A stretch of DNA of 63,150 nt, filler included, from Octopus bimaculoides (Eukaryota), in assembly GCF_001194135.2 (NCBI RefSeq). It is 6 parts of 6 records of this genome, joined end to end, with 100 filler letters (N's around TTAATTAATTAA, not from the genome) between each part and the next. Parts side by side here need not be neighbours in the genome. Positions count along the whole stretch, not along the records: positions 60,452 to 63,150 come from NW_026324172.1; 5 more parts are not named here. One strand, 5' to 3'. A program made the translations under genes and the position numbers. Under the pieces are notes generated by a model. It was not told where the DNA came from. It made no database searches and saw nothing but the letters and a program-made list of their open reading frames with translations. Shown piece after piece: positions 63,000 to 63,150 of the stretch. The stretch's first letter is position 1; each line of letters opens with the position of its first letter.

Positions 63000-63150
63000 C
63001 TGTTTATCTGTTTGAAACTTACCTGAAGTTATAGATTACATACAAATATGTAATCTATAAACGCATCAATAATATGTTGCTGAAACAGCTGTAGTGAATT
63101 TTTAACCCAGTAGCATTCTTCGACGATATATATATATATATATATATATA

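Overview
Repeat-saturated animal DNA from a gapped draft scaffold. It is most likely a cephalopod (octopus), inferred from the S-crystallin exons and the SINE/microsatellite landscape. There are no prokaryotic features and no CRISPR. Host genes I can support: (1) the last two coding exons of an S-crystallin/sigma-GST gene on + (24424-24531, 29511-29675); (2) three consecutive phase-0 exons of a CLCN6-like Cl-/H+ exchanger on - (37678-37610, 35927-35859, 35477-35412), converging on the crystallin, with no downstream CLC exons visible. The rest is mostly mobile DNA: mariner and maT-like relics and MITEs, piggyBac-type MITEs, an internally deleted Helitron, RTE and R4/Dong-type LINE relics, three Penelope-like (GIY-YIG) relics, several tRNA-derived SINE families, and an L1/Tx1-type element in the crystallin 3' UTR that may encode ORF1 only. 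The most interesting signals are a minimal hammerhead-ribozyme motif in the crystallin intron, a tRNA-headed element with a decayed hammerhead and inverted ends, the possible ORF1-only LINE, and sharp CpG-rich/CpG-poor domains. Almost all long ORFs in the supplied track are artefacts of N gaps and microsatellites. All homology calls come from motif recognition by eye; no searches were run.
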